NCBI GenBank assembly: GCA_021801795.1
Contig: JAJYXR010000004.1
Coordinates: 106,607 to 170,606, forward strand
Direction of reading: 5' to 3'
DNA from: Actinomycetes bacterium
Lineage (GTDB): Bacteria; Actinomycetota; Acidimicrobiia; Acidimicrobiales; JAJYXR01
DNA: 64,000 nucleotides
This document shows, in pieces, positions 19,217 through 28,826 of the stretch (its first letter is position 1; every line of letters begins with the position of its first letter). The notes beneath the pieces are model-generated. The model ran no database searches and had not been told where the DNA came from. It was given only the letters and a program-made list of their open reading frames with translations. The position numbers and the translations under genes are program-made.

Positions 19217-20622
19217 GGCATCCCTTCGCCGGCAGTTACATCCAATACGTCAGTGGTGGCGTTCCCGAGCAGCTCCAGAACTCGATCGGCTAGCTCGCTG
19301 CGTGACACGCTCTCCTGGCGCGACGGCTGGCGCGACGGCTGGTGTGACGGCTGGCGCAGCTCCCGAAGCGTCGCACTGGAGCCAGCAGCTTCCTCGGGAC
19401 CCACTATCACGGCCAGTGTCGCTCCCGAACGGTCGGCCTGGCGTAGCTGTGAGCGCATCGAGCGGTTCTCGTAGCTCCTGGAGACCCGGAGTCCCTCCCT
19501 TCGCAGCTCCCTCGCGATGTCTCGAGCGAGCTTGCCGCCCGTGAGATCCACCACGAACACCTGAGGTGCTGGGCCCGGCACCTCGAAGCACCCTTCGGCA
19601 TCGCAGGCCAGCAGGAGCCGCTCGATGCCGACCCCGAAACCGACAGCCGGCGTCGGGGGGCCACCGATGGCCTCCACCAGGCCGTCGTAGCGCCCTCCTC
19701 CACCGATGGCGCTCTGGGCCGAGGTGAGGGACTCTGCCTGGAACTCGAAGGTGGTCCTCGTGTAGTAGTCGAAGCCGCGCACCAGCCGCTCGTCGAGCAG
19801 GTACTCGATGCCCAAAGCATCCAGGCCATCGCGGACGCTGGCGAAGTGGGCACTGCACTCGTCGCAGAGAAGCCCTGCCAGGCGCGGGGCCTCCGAGGTG
19901 ACGGCACGGCACTCATCCTTCTTGCAGTCGAGGACTCTCAGGGGGTTGGCCGCGAAGGTGTCCGCATGGGCACCACAGAGCTGCCCTGACCTCGAGGACA
20001 GATAGGCCAGCAGGGCCTCGATGAATGCTGGTCGGCACAGGGAGCATCCCATGGTGTTGAGCCTGAGGGTGACCCTGGATAGCCCTACCGACCTGTAGAG
20101 CTGGTGGGCCAGCTCGATCACCTCCAGGTCCATCTCGGGGTCAGCCACCCCGACGGCCTCCACCCCCAACTGGTGGTGCTGGCGATACCTGCCTGCCTGG
20201 GGGCGCTCGTAGCGAAACGCCTGGGTCGCGTACCAGGCCTTCCAGGGCGTGGGCGGTCGGTGCTGGACGTAAGCCCTGACCACCGAGGCCGTTCCCTCGG
20301 GGCGCAATGCCAGCCGCCGGCCAGAGCGGTCGGCGAACTCGTACATCTCCTTGCCCACCACCTCGTTCTCGTCCCCGATCCCGCGCCGGAAGAGCCGGAC
20401 GTCCTCGAAGGCCGGCGAGACCAGCAGGCCGAAACCGGCCCGCGTGACAATGGAGCGGAACAGGGCGATCAGCGCCTCCCAGCGGGCGGACTCCGGCCAC
20501 AGGACGTCCTTCGTACCCAGAGGTGCCTGGATCGGTGTGGCGCTGGACAGCCCATCTGCGCTGCCTGCGCTCCCGGGTTCTGGAACCTGGCCAAGATCCT
20601 CTGCCTCGGTGGAGGCGGTCAT
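19213..20622 (-). CDS. hisS: histidine--tRNA ligase
   Basis: ...APLGTKDVLWPESARWE...MYEFADRSGRRLALRPEGTASVVRAYV...AFRYERPQAGRYRQHHQLGVE...IGGGGRYDGL. I place the start at ATG 20622, which overlaps the relA stop (ATGA). The track ORF to 20949 is over-extended. Confidence 0.93.
   Translation of the reverse strand: MTASTEAEDLGQVPEPGSAGSADGLSSATPIQAPLGTKDVLWPESARWEALIALFRSIVTRAGFGLLVSPAFEDVRLFRRGIGDENEVVGKEMYEFADRSGRRLALRPEGTASVVRAYVQHRPPTPWKAWYATQAFRYERPQAGRYRQHHQLGVEAVGVADPEMDLEVIELAHQLYRSVGLSRVTLRLNTMGCSLCRPAFIEALLAYLSSRSGQLCGAHADTFAANPLRVLDCKKDECRAVTSEAPRLAGLLCDECSAHFASVRDGLDALGIEYLLDERLVRGFDYYTRTTFEFQAESLTSAQSAIGGGGRYDGLVEAIGGPPTPAVGFGVGIERLLLACDAEGCFEVPGPAPQVFVVDLTGGKLARDIARELRREGLRVSRSYENRSMRSQLRQADRSGATLAVIVGPEEAAGSSATLRELRQPSHQPSRQPSRQESVSRSELADRVLELLGNATTDVLDVTAGEGMP
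19315..19360. repeat. 12-bp tandem repeat x~3.8 inside hisS (C-terminal domain)
   Basis: Units at 19315, 19327 and 19339, with a partial unit at 19351. It encodes RQPSHQPSRQPSRQ. Confidence 0.85.
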
Positions 20623-22850
20623 GCCTTCCTGCCGGGCAGGGTGCGGAAGGCGTCGAACACGCCGTCTATGTGCTTCAGGGAGGCCAGGAGCGAATCCAGA
20701 TGCCCAGGGTCGGCCAGTTCCACGTCGAACCTCATCCGGCTGACCCTGTCCGGAGACGTCTGGCTGAGAGAGGAGACGATGTTCAGGTGATGCTCGGATA
20801 CCACGCGGGTCACATCCGCGAGAAGCCTCGCCCTGTCGAAGGCGAGAACCTCGACGGAGGCCACGAACGAGCCGGATGCACCCCCGTCCCATTCGACCTC
20901 GATGAGGCGTTCCACCTGGCCTTCGACGAGGCTGGCAGCGTTCGAGCAATCGGCCCTGTGGACGCTGACGCCTCGACCACGGGTGACGAAGCCCACGATC
21001 TCGTCGCCGGGGACCGGTGTGCAGCAGCGCGACAGCCTCACCATCACGTCGTCGAGTCCCTCCACGTACACGCCAGCCGGTGACCGGCGCCGGCGCGAGC
21101 GCTCCGAGGGTCGAGCCGTGGTAGGCGCCTGCTCGTCATAAGCCGAACCGTGGAGCTCGCGCACCAGGCGCTGGGCGACAGAGCGTGCCGAGATGTGCCC
21201 GTCGCCTATGGCCGCATGGAGTGCGTCGAGGTCCGCGAAGCTCATGGTGGCCGCGAGCGCCTGGAGGGCATCCGTGGCTGCCAGCTTCTGGACCGGCAGG
21301 CCTTCCCTGCGCATTGCCCGCAGCAGCTCCTCGCGCCCCGTCTCGATGGCATCCTCCCGCCGCTCCCGGCTGAACCACTGGCGGATCTTGTTGCGCGCCC
21401 GCGGCGAGGCCACTATCTGCAGCCAGTCACGCGATGGTCCAGCCGAAGCGATCTTCGAGGTGATTATCTCCACCGTGCTGGCGGACTCGAGCCGGCTGTC
21501 GAGAGGGACCAGGCGGCCGTTCACCTTTGCCCCTATGCAGCGGTGACCCACCTCGGTGTGTATCGCGTACGCGAAATCGATCGGTGTGGAGCGTGCCGGC
21601 AGGGCCACCACCCTCCCCTTGGGGGTGAAGACGTAGACCTCGTCCTCGTCGAGATCTACCTTCAGGGTCTGGAGGAACTCCAGTGGGTCTGCCGTGTCGG
21701 CCTGCCAGTCCACGATCCGCTGCAGCCATGCCATCTCCGCTGTGGAGGCTGCAGGCTGGCCGCGTCCCTTCGCCTTGTAGTCCCAGTGTGCAGCTATGCC
21801 GTACTCCGCCCGCCTGTGCATCTCCTCGGTGCGCACCTGGACCTCTATGGGCTTTCCTTCGAGCCCGACGACCGTGGTGTGCAGGGACTGGTAGAGGTTG
21901 AACTTAGGGGTGTTTATGTAGTCCTTGAATCGCCCCTGCACGGGGCTCCAGATGGCGTGAATGGAGCCGAGCGCAGCCCAGCAGTCCTTCTCGGAGCCGA
22001 CGACGACCCTCAGGCCCACCAGGTCGTAGATGTCGTCGAACTCCTTTCCTCGGACCACCATCTTCTCGTAGATGCTCCAGAGGTGCTTAGGCCTGCCGGT
22101 CACCTCTGCCACCACCCCCGAGGCAGCCAGCCGCTCCCTCACGGCCACCAGCACGCGCTCGATATAGGACTCGCGCTCCGGGGCGCGGGCGGCGACCATC
22201 TGGTCGATCTCGGCATAACGCTTCGGATGGAGCGTCGCGAAGGCAAGGTCCTCCAGCTGCCACTTCACCTCCTGGATACCCAGCCGGTGCGCGAGGGGCG
22301 CGTAGATGTCGAGGGTCTCGGCTGCTATGCGCCTCTGCTTCTCCTCGGGCATCACCCCGATGGTCCTCATGTTATGGAGGCGGTCTGCCAGCTTTATCAC
22401 CAGGACCCTCCAGTCACTGGCCATCGCGACGAGCATCTTGCGCACCGTCGCTGCCTGCTGGGCCTCCTTCGAATCGAACTGGAGCCTGTCGAGCTTCGTC
22501 ACCCCATCGACGATGCCCGCCAGCTCTGGGCCGAAGCCAGATTCGAGCTCGCCGAGCGTGAGGCCGGTGTCCTCCACCGCGTCGTGCAGCAGAGCCGCGG
22601 CCACCGCCTGGGTGTCGAGTCCCAGCTGGGCGACGATGGTGGCTACGGCTACCGGGTGGATGATGTAAGGCTCGCCAGTACGTCTGAGCTGGCCTCTGTG
22701 AGCATCGTAGGCAGCATCGAGGGCTTCGAGCACGTAGGAGCGCCCGGCGGGATCACGATCGAGCCTCCCCGCATCGAGAGCCTCCAGGAGAGGCGCGGCC
22801 AGCAGCTCGTGTGATGCCCCGGGCTCGGGGATGGTCGCGACGCTGCTCAT
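20619..22850 (-). CDS. relA: bifunctional (p)ppGpp synthetase/hydrolase RelA/SpoT (Rel)
   Basis: 743 aa. The HD domain (GEPYIIHPVAVA...HDAVEDT), the synthetase domain (RPKHLWSIYEKM...YQSLHTTV), TGS and the C-terminal ACT-like region are all recognisable. Confidence 0.95.
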   Translation of the reverse strand: MSSVATIPEPGASHELLAAPLLEALDAGRLDRDPAGRSYVLEALDAAYDAHRGQLRRTGEPYIIHPVAVATIVAQLGLDTQAVAAALLHDAVEDTGLTLGELESGFGPELAGIVDGVTKLDRLQFDSKEAQQAATVRKMLVAMASDWRVLVIKLADRLHNMRTIGVMPEEKQRRIAAETLDIYAPLAHRLGIQEVKWQLEDLAFATLHPKRYAEIDQMVAARAPERESYIERVLVAVRERLAASGVVAEVTGRPKHLWSIYEKMVVRGKEFDDIYDLVGLRVVVGSEKDCWAALGSIHAIWSPVQGRFKDYINTPKFNLYQSLHTTVVGLEGKPIEVQVRTEEMHRRAEYGIAAHWDYKAKGRGQPAASTAEMAWLQRIVDWQADTADPLEFLQTLKVDLDEDEVYVFTPKGRVVALPARSTPIDFAYAIHTEVGHRCIGAKVNGRLVPLDSRLESASTVEIITSKIASAGPSRDWLQIVASPRARNKIRQWFSRERREDAIETGREELLRAMRREGLPVQKLAATDALQALAATMSFADLDALHAAIGDGHISARSVAQRLVRELHGSAYDEQAPTTARPSERSRRRRSPAGVYVEGLDDVMVRLSRCCTPVPGDEIVGFVTRGRGVSVHRADCSNAASLVEGQVERLIEVEWDGGASGSFVASVEVLAFDRARLLADVTRVVSEHHLNIVSSLSQTSPDRVSRMRFDVELADPGHLDSLLASLKHIDGVFDAFRTLPGRKA

Positions 22851-22928
22851 GGCTCTAGGCTACCTGGCCTGCGAGACCCGTTATATTGCTCGATCGGCAT
22901 CGAGCCGTGGACCGCGAGGCCGGCGTCC

Positions 22929-24344
22929 TCAGCGGCGCTTGCCGCCCTTTGATCGGGGCTTCCCCTTGCCCTTGCGCGGCGGCGGCCTTCGCTGACCACC
23001 GGGGCGTGCCGTCGAACCTGCTCGACGCTGAGCACCTCCGGTGGCCGCCGGCACCCCCAGGCCCTCGTCGGTCGGGTCCATTGGACCATCCCCCACGCCA
23101 TCTTCCACTCCGGGGGACTGGCCGTAGCCGTCGGGTGCTCGGACCTGGCGCCCGGAGTGCACCTGGCCAGCTCCACGCTGGGAGGGGCGCAGCACCTGCC
23201 CACCCTGCCCACCCGCGCGACCTGCCCCAGGCGACCTTCCCCGCCCGACGGAGCTGCGCGCACCGGAGCTGCGTCCGCCGGAGCTGGACGCGTTCAGCAG
23301 CGCCGCCGCCCGCGGCGTGAGCAACCCCTCGCGGTCGGCCCGGTTCGCCAGCTTCTGCCTTATGGACGCGTACCTGGGTTCACGCTCCTTCATCCCGGCC
23401 AGCAGGGGGGATGCTATGAAAATCGACGAGTAGGCTCCCGAGGTGAGTCCGATCACGAGAGCCAGGCCGAACTCCTGGAGGGTGGTCGCGCCGAGAAGCT
23501 CCGCACCAATCAGCAGGACGGAGAGCACCGGTAGGATGGCGACCAGGGAGGTGTTCACCGACCGCGCGAGCACCTGGTTCATGGAGAGGTTCACCACGTC
23601 CTCGTAGGTCATCCTTCCCGAGGCACCCAGTCCCTTCGTGTTCTCCCCCACCCGGTCGAAGACCACGACCGTGTCGTATAGGGAGTAGCCGAGGATGGTG
23701 AGGATGGCCACCACGGTGTCGGGGGTGACCTGCAGGCCCGTCAGCGAGTAGACACCGGCGGTGACCAGCAGGTCGTGTATGACCGCCACCAGAGCCGCCA
23801 CGGCCATCTTCCACTCGAAGCGCACGGAGATGTAGGCCACGATCAGGAAGAAGAAGACCACCAGCGCGATGATCGCCTTCTGGGTCACCTGACCGCCCCA
23901 GGTCGGTCCCACGTCGTTTATCGAGACCTGGTCAGCCGGGACGTGAGCCACGGCAGCCAGCGCCGTGCTGACTGCCTGCTCGGTGCGCGACTTCACAGCC
24001 GGTGCGAGCTTGTTCAGATCGGCCTGCACCTCGACGGTGCGACCTCCCAGTATCTCGACCACCGGCTGGGACACCCCCGCTGCGCTGACGACCTTCTGGA
24101 CCTTGGCCACTGTGGCGCCTGGCGCCACCACCTCCCAGGCGGTCCCGCCGCGGAAGTCGATGCCGAGGTTCAGGCCGCGGATCGCCATAGAGCTGAGGCC
24201 GGCCAGGATCACGAGCGCCGATATGAGGTACCAGCGCCGCCGGCGCCCGACGAAGTCGAAGGAGGTCTCACCCCGGTAGAGCCGTACGAACGCGTTCGGG
24301 CGGCGGGGCTCGGCTGCCTCCACTGGAGGAGCCGTGGTCGTCAT
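22929..24344 (-). CDS. secF: protein translocase subunit SecF with a ~150-aa basic low-complexity C-terminal tail
   Basis: ...FDFVGRRRRWYLISALVILAG...GIDFRGGT...ILGYSLYDTVVVFDRVGEN.... The conserved part ends near MKEREPRY. The tail is R/G/K-rich and ends PPPRKGKGKPRSKGGKRR. Confidence 0.9.
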   Translation of the reverse strand: MTTTAPPVEAAEPRRPNAFVRLYRGETSFDFVGRRRRWYLISALVILAGLSSMAIRGLNLGIDFRGGTAWEVVAPGATVAKVQKVVSAAGVSQPVVEILGGRTVEVQADLNKLAPAVKSRTEQAVSTALAAVAHVPADQVSINDVGPTWGGQVTQKAIIALVVFFFLIVAYISVRFEWKMAVAALVAVIHDLLVTAGVYSLTGLQVTPDTVVAILTILGYSLYDTVVVFDRVGENTKGLGASGRMTYEDVVNLSMNQVLARSVNTSLVAILPVLSVLLIGAELLGATTLQEFGLALVIGLTSGAYSSIFIASPLLAGMKEREPRYASIRQKLANRADREGLLTPRAAALLNASSSGGRSSGARSSVGRGRSPGAGRAGGQGGQVLRPSQRGAGQVHSGRQVRAPDGYGQSPGVEDGVGDGPMDPTDEGLGVPAATGGAQRRAGSTARPGGQRRPPPRKGKGKPRSKGGKRR

Positions 24345-25891
24345 GCCTGCACCCCTGGGTTACTCGTCACTGCCAGACCGCGCGACATGCCGATCACCGG
24401 TGCATCGGTCACCGCGGAGCTGCGCCCCAGCATGATCACCAGTGGCCGGGTGAAGAAGAAGGTCATGAAGACGTCGAGCAGGGTGGACAGACCGAGGAAG
24501 AATGCGAAGCCCTTCACGGTCCCGATGGCGAGCCACCAGAGCACGAAGGCTCCTATGAAGGACACCGCGTCTGCCGCCAGTACCGTCCTGAAGGCTCCCC
24601 GGAAGCTCTTGTCCACGCTGGTGCGCACCGAACGGCCCGAGCGCGCCTCGTCTTTCAGGCGTTCGAAGTACACGATATAGGAGTCCACCGTGATACCGAC
24701 CGACACGATCACGCCGGTCACCCCCGCCAGATCGAGGGTGAGATTCAGACCCGAATGCCCGAGCGCGGACACGATCGCCCATAACAGGCCGCCGGTGAGG
24801 GCCAGCCCGCCGATCACGACCACGCCGAGGGCTCTGTAGTAGAAGATCATGTAGAGCATGACGATGCCGAGGCCGGCTAGTCCGGCCACGAGCCCGGCCC
24901 TGAGCGACGACTTGCCGAGAGTCGGCGAGACAGTCTGGGTGGTGATGCGGTTCAGCCTCACCGGCAGGGCGCCGTACTGGAGCACGAGCGCGAGCTGCTT
25001 CGCTGTCGCCTGGGTGAACCCACCGCTGATCTGGCCCCGCCCGCCGAAGGAGGTGAAGCTCGACTGGGTCGGCTGGATGAACGGAGCGGACTCCACCTTC
25101 CCGTCCAGGTCTATGGCGACCATCTGGTGGAAGTTCTGCTGGGCCACCGCGTCCCATTTCGCAGAGCCCGAGGAGGTAAGCGTGTAAGCGACCACCCACT
25201 GGCCCGCGGTGGTGAACTGGGCCGACGCAGACGATATGGCCGAGCCCGATAGCTGGGAGGGACCGAGAAGGTAGCGTTGCGCCTGCTGGGTGGTCCCCGG
25301 TGCCGCTGGCAGCAGCACCGTGGCCGAAGGCGTGTCGGCCGACGAGGGCGTGCTCGGATAGGAAGCCAGGCTCGGGTCGGGGCTGATGGGATTCGAGGTG
25401 AACCCGTTCGCAGCAGCTGAATCGGGCTTCACGGCGAGGTTCGCGGCCGTGGTCTGGTACTGCGTCGGGCAGCTCGTCGGCAGGGGACCAGGAGATGCCG
25501 GAGCGCTCTTCGCTCCCTTCGCCGGAGCCGGAGGCGTGTAGGCAGGTGCGAAGCACAGCACCGGCCGGAAGTAGAGCTGTGCGGTGGTGCCGAGCAGGGA
25601 GAGCACCTGCTTCGTGTTCCTCACGCTCGGGATCTGGGCCACTATGTCGCTGCCCTGGCTGGACACGGTCGCTCCCGACACCCCGAGCCCGTCCACCCGA
25701 TCGGTCATGATGGTGATCGCCTCGTTCATCACGTTCGACGAAACCTTGTGTGCAGGCTGGTAGACCACAGACAACCCGCCGGCCAGGTCCAGCCCGAGCC
25801 GTGGGGCCCATCCTGCCGCGAAGGTGGCGCCGAGAGCGCCGACCACGACGGCCACCACCCCTACCAGGCTGACCACCAGGGACGTCCTCAT
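24341..25891 (-). CDS. secD: protein translocase subunit SecD
   Basis: 516 aa. ...LGLDLAGGLSVVYQ...GVTGVIVSVGITVDSYIVYFERLKDE.... There are ATGA overlaps at both ends. Confidence 0.9.
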   Translation of the reverse strand: MRTSLVVSLVGVVAVVVGALGATFAAGWAPRLGLDLAGGLSVVYQPAHKVSSNVMNEAITIMTDRVDGLGVSGATVSSQGSDIVAQIPSVRNTKQVLSLLGTTAQLYFRPVLCFAPAYTPPAPAKGAKSAPASPGPLPTSCPTQYQTTAANLAVKPDSAAANGFTSNPISPDPSLASYPSTPSSADTPSATVLLPAAPGTTQQAQRYLLGPSQLSGSAISSASAQFTTAGQWVVAYTLTSSGSAKWDAVAQQNFHQMVAIDLDGKVESAPFIQPTQSSFTSFGGRGQISGGFTQATAKQLALVLQYGALPVRLNRITTQTVSPTLGKSSLRAGLVAGLAGLGIVMLYMIFYYRALGVVVIGGLALTGGLLWAIVSALGHSGLNLTLDLAGVTGVIVSVGITVDSYIVYFERLKDEARSGRSVRTSVDKSFRGAFRTVLAADAVSFIGAFVLWWLAIGTVKGFAFFLGLSTLLDVFMTFFFTRPLVIMLGRSSAVTDAPVIGMSRGLAVTSNPGVQA

Positions 25892-26496
25892 CGATCCCCA
25901 CTCCCCTCGCCCGCCGCACCCTCGCCCGCCACGCCCTCGCCCGCCACGTCCTCGCCTCCAGCTTCGCCATCGGCATCGCCATCAGCTTCGGCATCGGCAT
26001 CGGCATCGCCTGAGTGCTCTGGCCAGTCCCCGGCCCCGTCATCGCCTGACTCCGTCGGGGGCCCATCGTGTGGCGATGCGCCCGCGCCCGACCCCGGATG
26101 GCCCGCGGAGTCCTCGGCCGCATCGTCCCAGTCCGATCCCTCTTCCTCGAGGGCAGGGGTGAGCCGCTGGGCGATGGCCGTGCGCAGGATGACGATGCTC
26201 GTCTCGGGCGCCACCTCCAGGGTCACCCGGTCGGGCTCTATCTCCGTCACCACACCGAAGATCCCCGAGGTGGTAAGCACGTCGTCACCCACCGCTATCT
26301 CCGAGGCCAGCTGGCGCTGCTGCTTCGCTCGTTGGGACTGGGGGCGCATGAACATCCGCCAGAGCAGGTAACCGATGGCCACCAGGAAGAGCAGGTAGAA
26401 TATGGTCCCCGAAGCCGATGACGTGTTGGTGGACTTCGAAGCAGCGTGAGATGCGGTCTTTCCCGCTGCAAGCATGATCGTCGTTAGGATGGGCAT
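25888..26496 (-). CDS. yajC: preprotein translocase subunit YajC with a ~90-aa acidic repetitive C-terminal tail
   Basis: ...LLFLVAIGYLLWRMFMRPQSQRAKQQRQL...GDDVLTTSGIFGVVTEIEPDRVTLEVAP.... The tail is D/E/G-rich (DADADAEADGDADGEAGGEDVAGEGVAGEGAAGEG). Confidence 0.85.
   Translation of the reverse strand: MPILTTIMLAAGKTASHAASKSTNTSSASGTIFYLLFLVAIGYLLWRMFMRPQSQRAKQQRQLASEIAVGDDVLTTSGIFGVVTEIEPDRVTLEVAPETSIVILRTAIAQRLTPALEEEGSDWDDAAEDSAGHPGSGAGASPHDGPPTESGDDGAGDWPEHSGDADADAEADGDADGEAGGEDVAGEGVAGEGAAGEGSGDR
25904..26010. repeat. 15-bp repeat x3+ followed by a hexamer (ggcatc-type) run in the yajC tail
   Basis: Units ccctcgcccgccrcr at 25904, 25919 and 25934. GAx hexamer repeats follow at 25961-26010. 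Confidence 0.85.
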
Positions 26497-26551
26497 GGTG
26501 CCTCGTTCTGGTCGCTCTAGTGGGCCGCGAGGCGGCTCCGAGACGACGACC

Positions 26552-27649
26552 TTAGCCCAACGCTAGGGTCAACCCGGGACCACCGGCTCCTGCGAGCCCC
26601 AGGTGCTCGAAAGCCCGTGCGGTGGCGACCCGCCCCCGAGCGGTCCTGCGAAGCAGCCCCTGCTGGAGAAGGTAGGGCTCGTAGGCGTCCTCCACCGTGC
26701 CCGGCTCCTCCCCGATGCACTGCGCCAGCGTCGTCAGGCCCACAGCCTGACCCGCGAAACGCCTGCAGAGCGCCTCCAGGATCGCCCGGTCCACCTTGTC
26801 CAGGCCCAGATCGTCCACTCCGAAGAGCTCCAACCCCGCCATGGCAAGCTCCTCTGTGACCCTTCCCTCGGCCCGGACCTCCACGAAGTCCCTCACGCGC
26901 CTCAGCAGCCGGTTCGCGATGCGCGGTGTGCCTCGAGAGCGCTCGGCAATCCTGAGCGCCCCTGCGGCCTCGATCTCCACGCCCAGGATGCCTGCGGCAC
27001 GCGTCACCACGGCCTGCAGCTCGCCCGGCGCGTAGAGATCCAGGCGCCCTACGAAGCCGAACCGGTCGCGCAGGGGCCCGGTGAGCAGCCCAGTCCGCGT
27101 AGTCGCCCCGATCAGGGTGAAACGCGGCAGGTCGAGGCGTATCGACCTGGCCGAAGGCCCCTTCCCGATGAGGATGTCGAGCTGGAAATCCTCCATGGCA
27201 GGGTAGAGAACCTCCTCCACCGGGCGGGCCAGCCGGTGGATCTCGTCGATGAACAACACGTCACCCTGGTGGAGATCGGTGAGGATAGCCGCGAGATCCC
27301 CCGCACGGACCAGGGCCGGGCCCGATGTGATCCGGAGGCCTACGCCCATCTCGACAGCCACCACGCCGGCCAGCGAGGTCTTCCCCAGCCCGGGAGGGCC
27401 TGCGAAGAGCAGGTGGTCCACCGGCTGCTCACGGCGACGGGCGGCCTCCAGGAGGATTTCCAGGTGCTCGACAAGCTGCTCCTGGCCTATGAAGTCCCCG
27501 AGATGCCTGGGACGCAGCCTGGCCTCCTCTGCCAGCTCGCTCGGATCGGGGTCCGGGTCCAGCGGTCTCGCCGGACCTGACAGCCCAGGCTGACCATCTG
27601 CGGCCTTCCCTCCGTCGCCACCGGAGAGCACCTCACGCCTCGGGCTCAC
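26552..27649 (-). CDS. ruvB: Holliday junction branch migration helicase RuvB
   Basis: ...[19 protein letters not shown]...[15 protein letters not shown]...LFIDEIHRL...[18 protein letters not shown]. Confidence 0.96.
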   Translation of the reverse strand: MSPRREVLSGGDGGKAADGQPGLSGPARPLDPDPDPSELAEEARLRPRHLGDFIGQEQLVEHLEILLEAARRREQPVDHLLFAGPPGLGKTSLAGVVAVEMGVGLRITSGPALVRAGDLAAILTDLHQGDVLFIDEIHRLARPVEEVLYPAMEDFQLDILIGKGPSARSIRLDLPRFTLIGATTRTGLLTGPLRDRFGFVGRLDLYAPGELQAVVTRAAGILGVEIEAAGALRIAERSRGTPRIANRLLRRVRDFVEVRAEGRVTEELAMAGLELFGVDDLGLDKVDRAILEALCRRFAGQAVGLTTLAQCIGEEPGTVEDAYEPYLLQQGLLRRTARGRVATARAFEHLGLAGAGGPGLTLALG

Positions 27650-28242
27650 CTGGAACCTGCCATCTCGCGCAGCGCCATCCGGAGCGCCTCCTCGATGCTC
27701 GCCTCCTCCGGCAGCTCCGCCACTGCCTGGCGGATCTCCTCGGGACCGTAGCCGAGCTCGGCCAGCGCAGCACGGACCTCCGATCTGGTGTTGGCCGGGG
27801 CCCGACCCCCCTTCGAATCCTGCACAGGCATCTGGAGGCGACCCAGCCTCTCCCCGAGCTCGATCACCAGCCGTGCGGCAGTCTTCCTGCCGACTCCTGG
27901 CACCTCGCAGAGGGCACCTACATCCTCCTCGAGGATCGCGGTGGCCAGCTCAGAGGGTCCGAGCGTGGACAGGATCGACAGCGCTAGAGCCGGACCCACC
28001 CCGTGGGTGGCCACCAGGGCCTCGAAGGTCTCCCTCTCCTCCAGGGTGGGAAAGCCGTAGAGCACTATGTCGCCTTCTCTAACATGGGTATGCACATGGA
28101 GTGTCACGCTGGCTCCGGTCTTCTCCCAGCGCCCGAGGGCCGGCGTGGGGACGCTCACCCGATAGCCGACACCAGCTACGTCCACGATGATCTCCCCGGA
28201 GGTGAGCCTGGCCACCAGCTTGCCCGAGAGCCATCCGATCAC
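27646..28242 (-). CDS. ruvA: Holliday junction DNA-binding protein RuvA
   Basis: [10 protein letters not shown]...[13 protein letters not shown]...[28 protein letters not shown]...[12 protein letters not shown]. Confidence 0.93.
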   Translation of the reverse strand: MIGWLSGKLVARLTSGEIIVDVAGVGYRVSVPTPALGRWEKTGASVTLHVHTHVREGDIVLYGFPTLEERETFEALVATHGVGPALALSILSTLGPSELATAILEEDVGALCEVPGVGRKTAARLVIELGERLGRLQMPVQDSKGGRAPANTRSEVRAALAELGYGPEEIRQAVAELPEEASIEEALRMALREMAGSR

Positions 28243-28814
28243 CTGACATCACCTCCGAGCGCCACGGCCCGTCGCAGCGGCTCCGAGGCCAGATGGCATA
28301 TCGCCAGACCCAGCGCATCCGCCACATCCGGGGGTCGCGGTGGTGCGTCCAGGGCCAGCAGGGAGGCCACCATGCGCTGGACCTGCTCCTTGGTAGCGCC
28401 GCCATACCCCACCACGGCCTGCTTCACCTCGTTCGAGGTGTACTGGACCACCTCGCAGCCAGCCTCGGCAGCAGCCACCAGCGCCAGGCCTGCCGCCTGA
28501 CCGACCGACATGGCGGTGCGGGCGTTCGTCTGGAAGAAGACCCTCTCGACCACCACCACCTCGGGTGCGAGCTCTCGCACCAAGCCCCTCAGGTCGCCGA
28601 ACAAGGTCGCCAGGCGTTCCGGGAGCGGGAGATCGGGATCAGTGGCTAGCACACCGCCCGCCACTGCTTCGAGCCTGGTGCGGCCACGGGCCACCGCTCC
28701 ATAGCCGCACCGGGAAAGGCCTGGATCGATTCCTAGGACGAACACGCGTTCGAGTATATAGCCTACGGTCAGCCGACTGGTGGACCGCCGCGACAGAGCC
28801 TCTGGGAGGATCAT
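28239..28814 (-). CDS. ruvC: crossover junction endodeoxyribonuclease RuvC
   Basis: ...VLGIDPGLSRCGYGAV...VVVERVFFQTNARTAMSVGQA...EVKQAVVGYGGATKEQVQ. ATG 28814 is the longest start. GTG 28745 gives the canonical N-terminus (V-F-V-LGIDPG) and sits inside a LexA box (see next feature). Confidence 0.9.
   Translation of the reverse strand: MILPEALSRRSTSRLTVGYILERVFVLGIDPGLSRCGYGAVARGRTRLEAVAGGVLATDPDLPLPERLATLFGDLRGLVRELAPEVVVVERVFFQTNARTAMSVGQAAGLALVAAAEAGCEVVQYTSNEVKQAVVGYGGATKEQVQRMVASLLALDAPPRPPDVADALGLAICHLASEPLRRAVALGGDVR
28738..28760 (-). promoter_or_regulatory. actinobacterial LexA (SOS) box overlapping a -10-like hexamer and the GTG 28745 start of ruvC
   Basis: The sense strand reads TATATACTCGAACGCGTGTTCGTCC. 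TCGAAC-GCGT-GTTCGT matches the mycobacterial/actinobacterial SOS box TCGAAC-N4-GTTCGA at 11 of 12 positions. TATACT/TATATA lies immediately upstream, about 7-9 nt from the GTG, in an otherwise GC-rich context. Confidence 0.6.
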
Positions 28815-28826
28815 TGCGGCCGACGA

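Noticed and set aside
21150-22814. 554-aa plus-strand ORF antisense to relA.
   Set aside because: The same reasoning applies. It is antisense to an unambiguous RelA/SpoT gene and has no motifs.
22851-22928. The missing apt gene between relA and secF, which is present in the mycobacterial order. I considered a degraded pseudogene.
   Set aside because: The spacer is only 78 bp, so there is no room for even a remnant. This is simply a synteny difference.
24360-26123. 587-aa minus-strand ORF overlapping secD and yajC in another frame.
   Set aside because: It is an out-of-frame shadow with an Arg/Gly/Pro-rich composition. The secD and yajC frames carry the conserved motifs.
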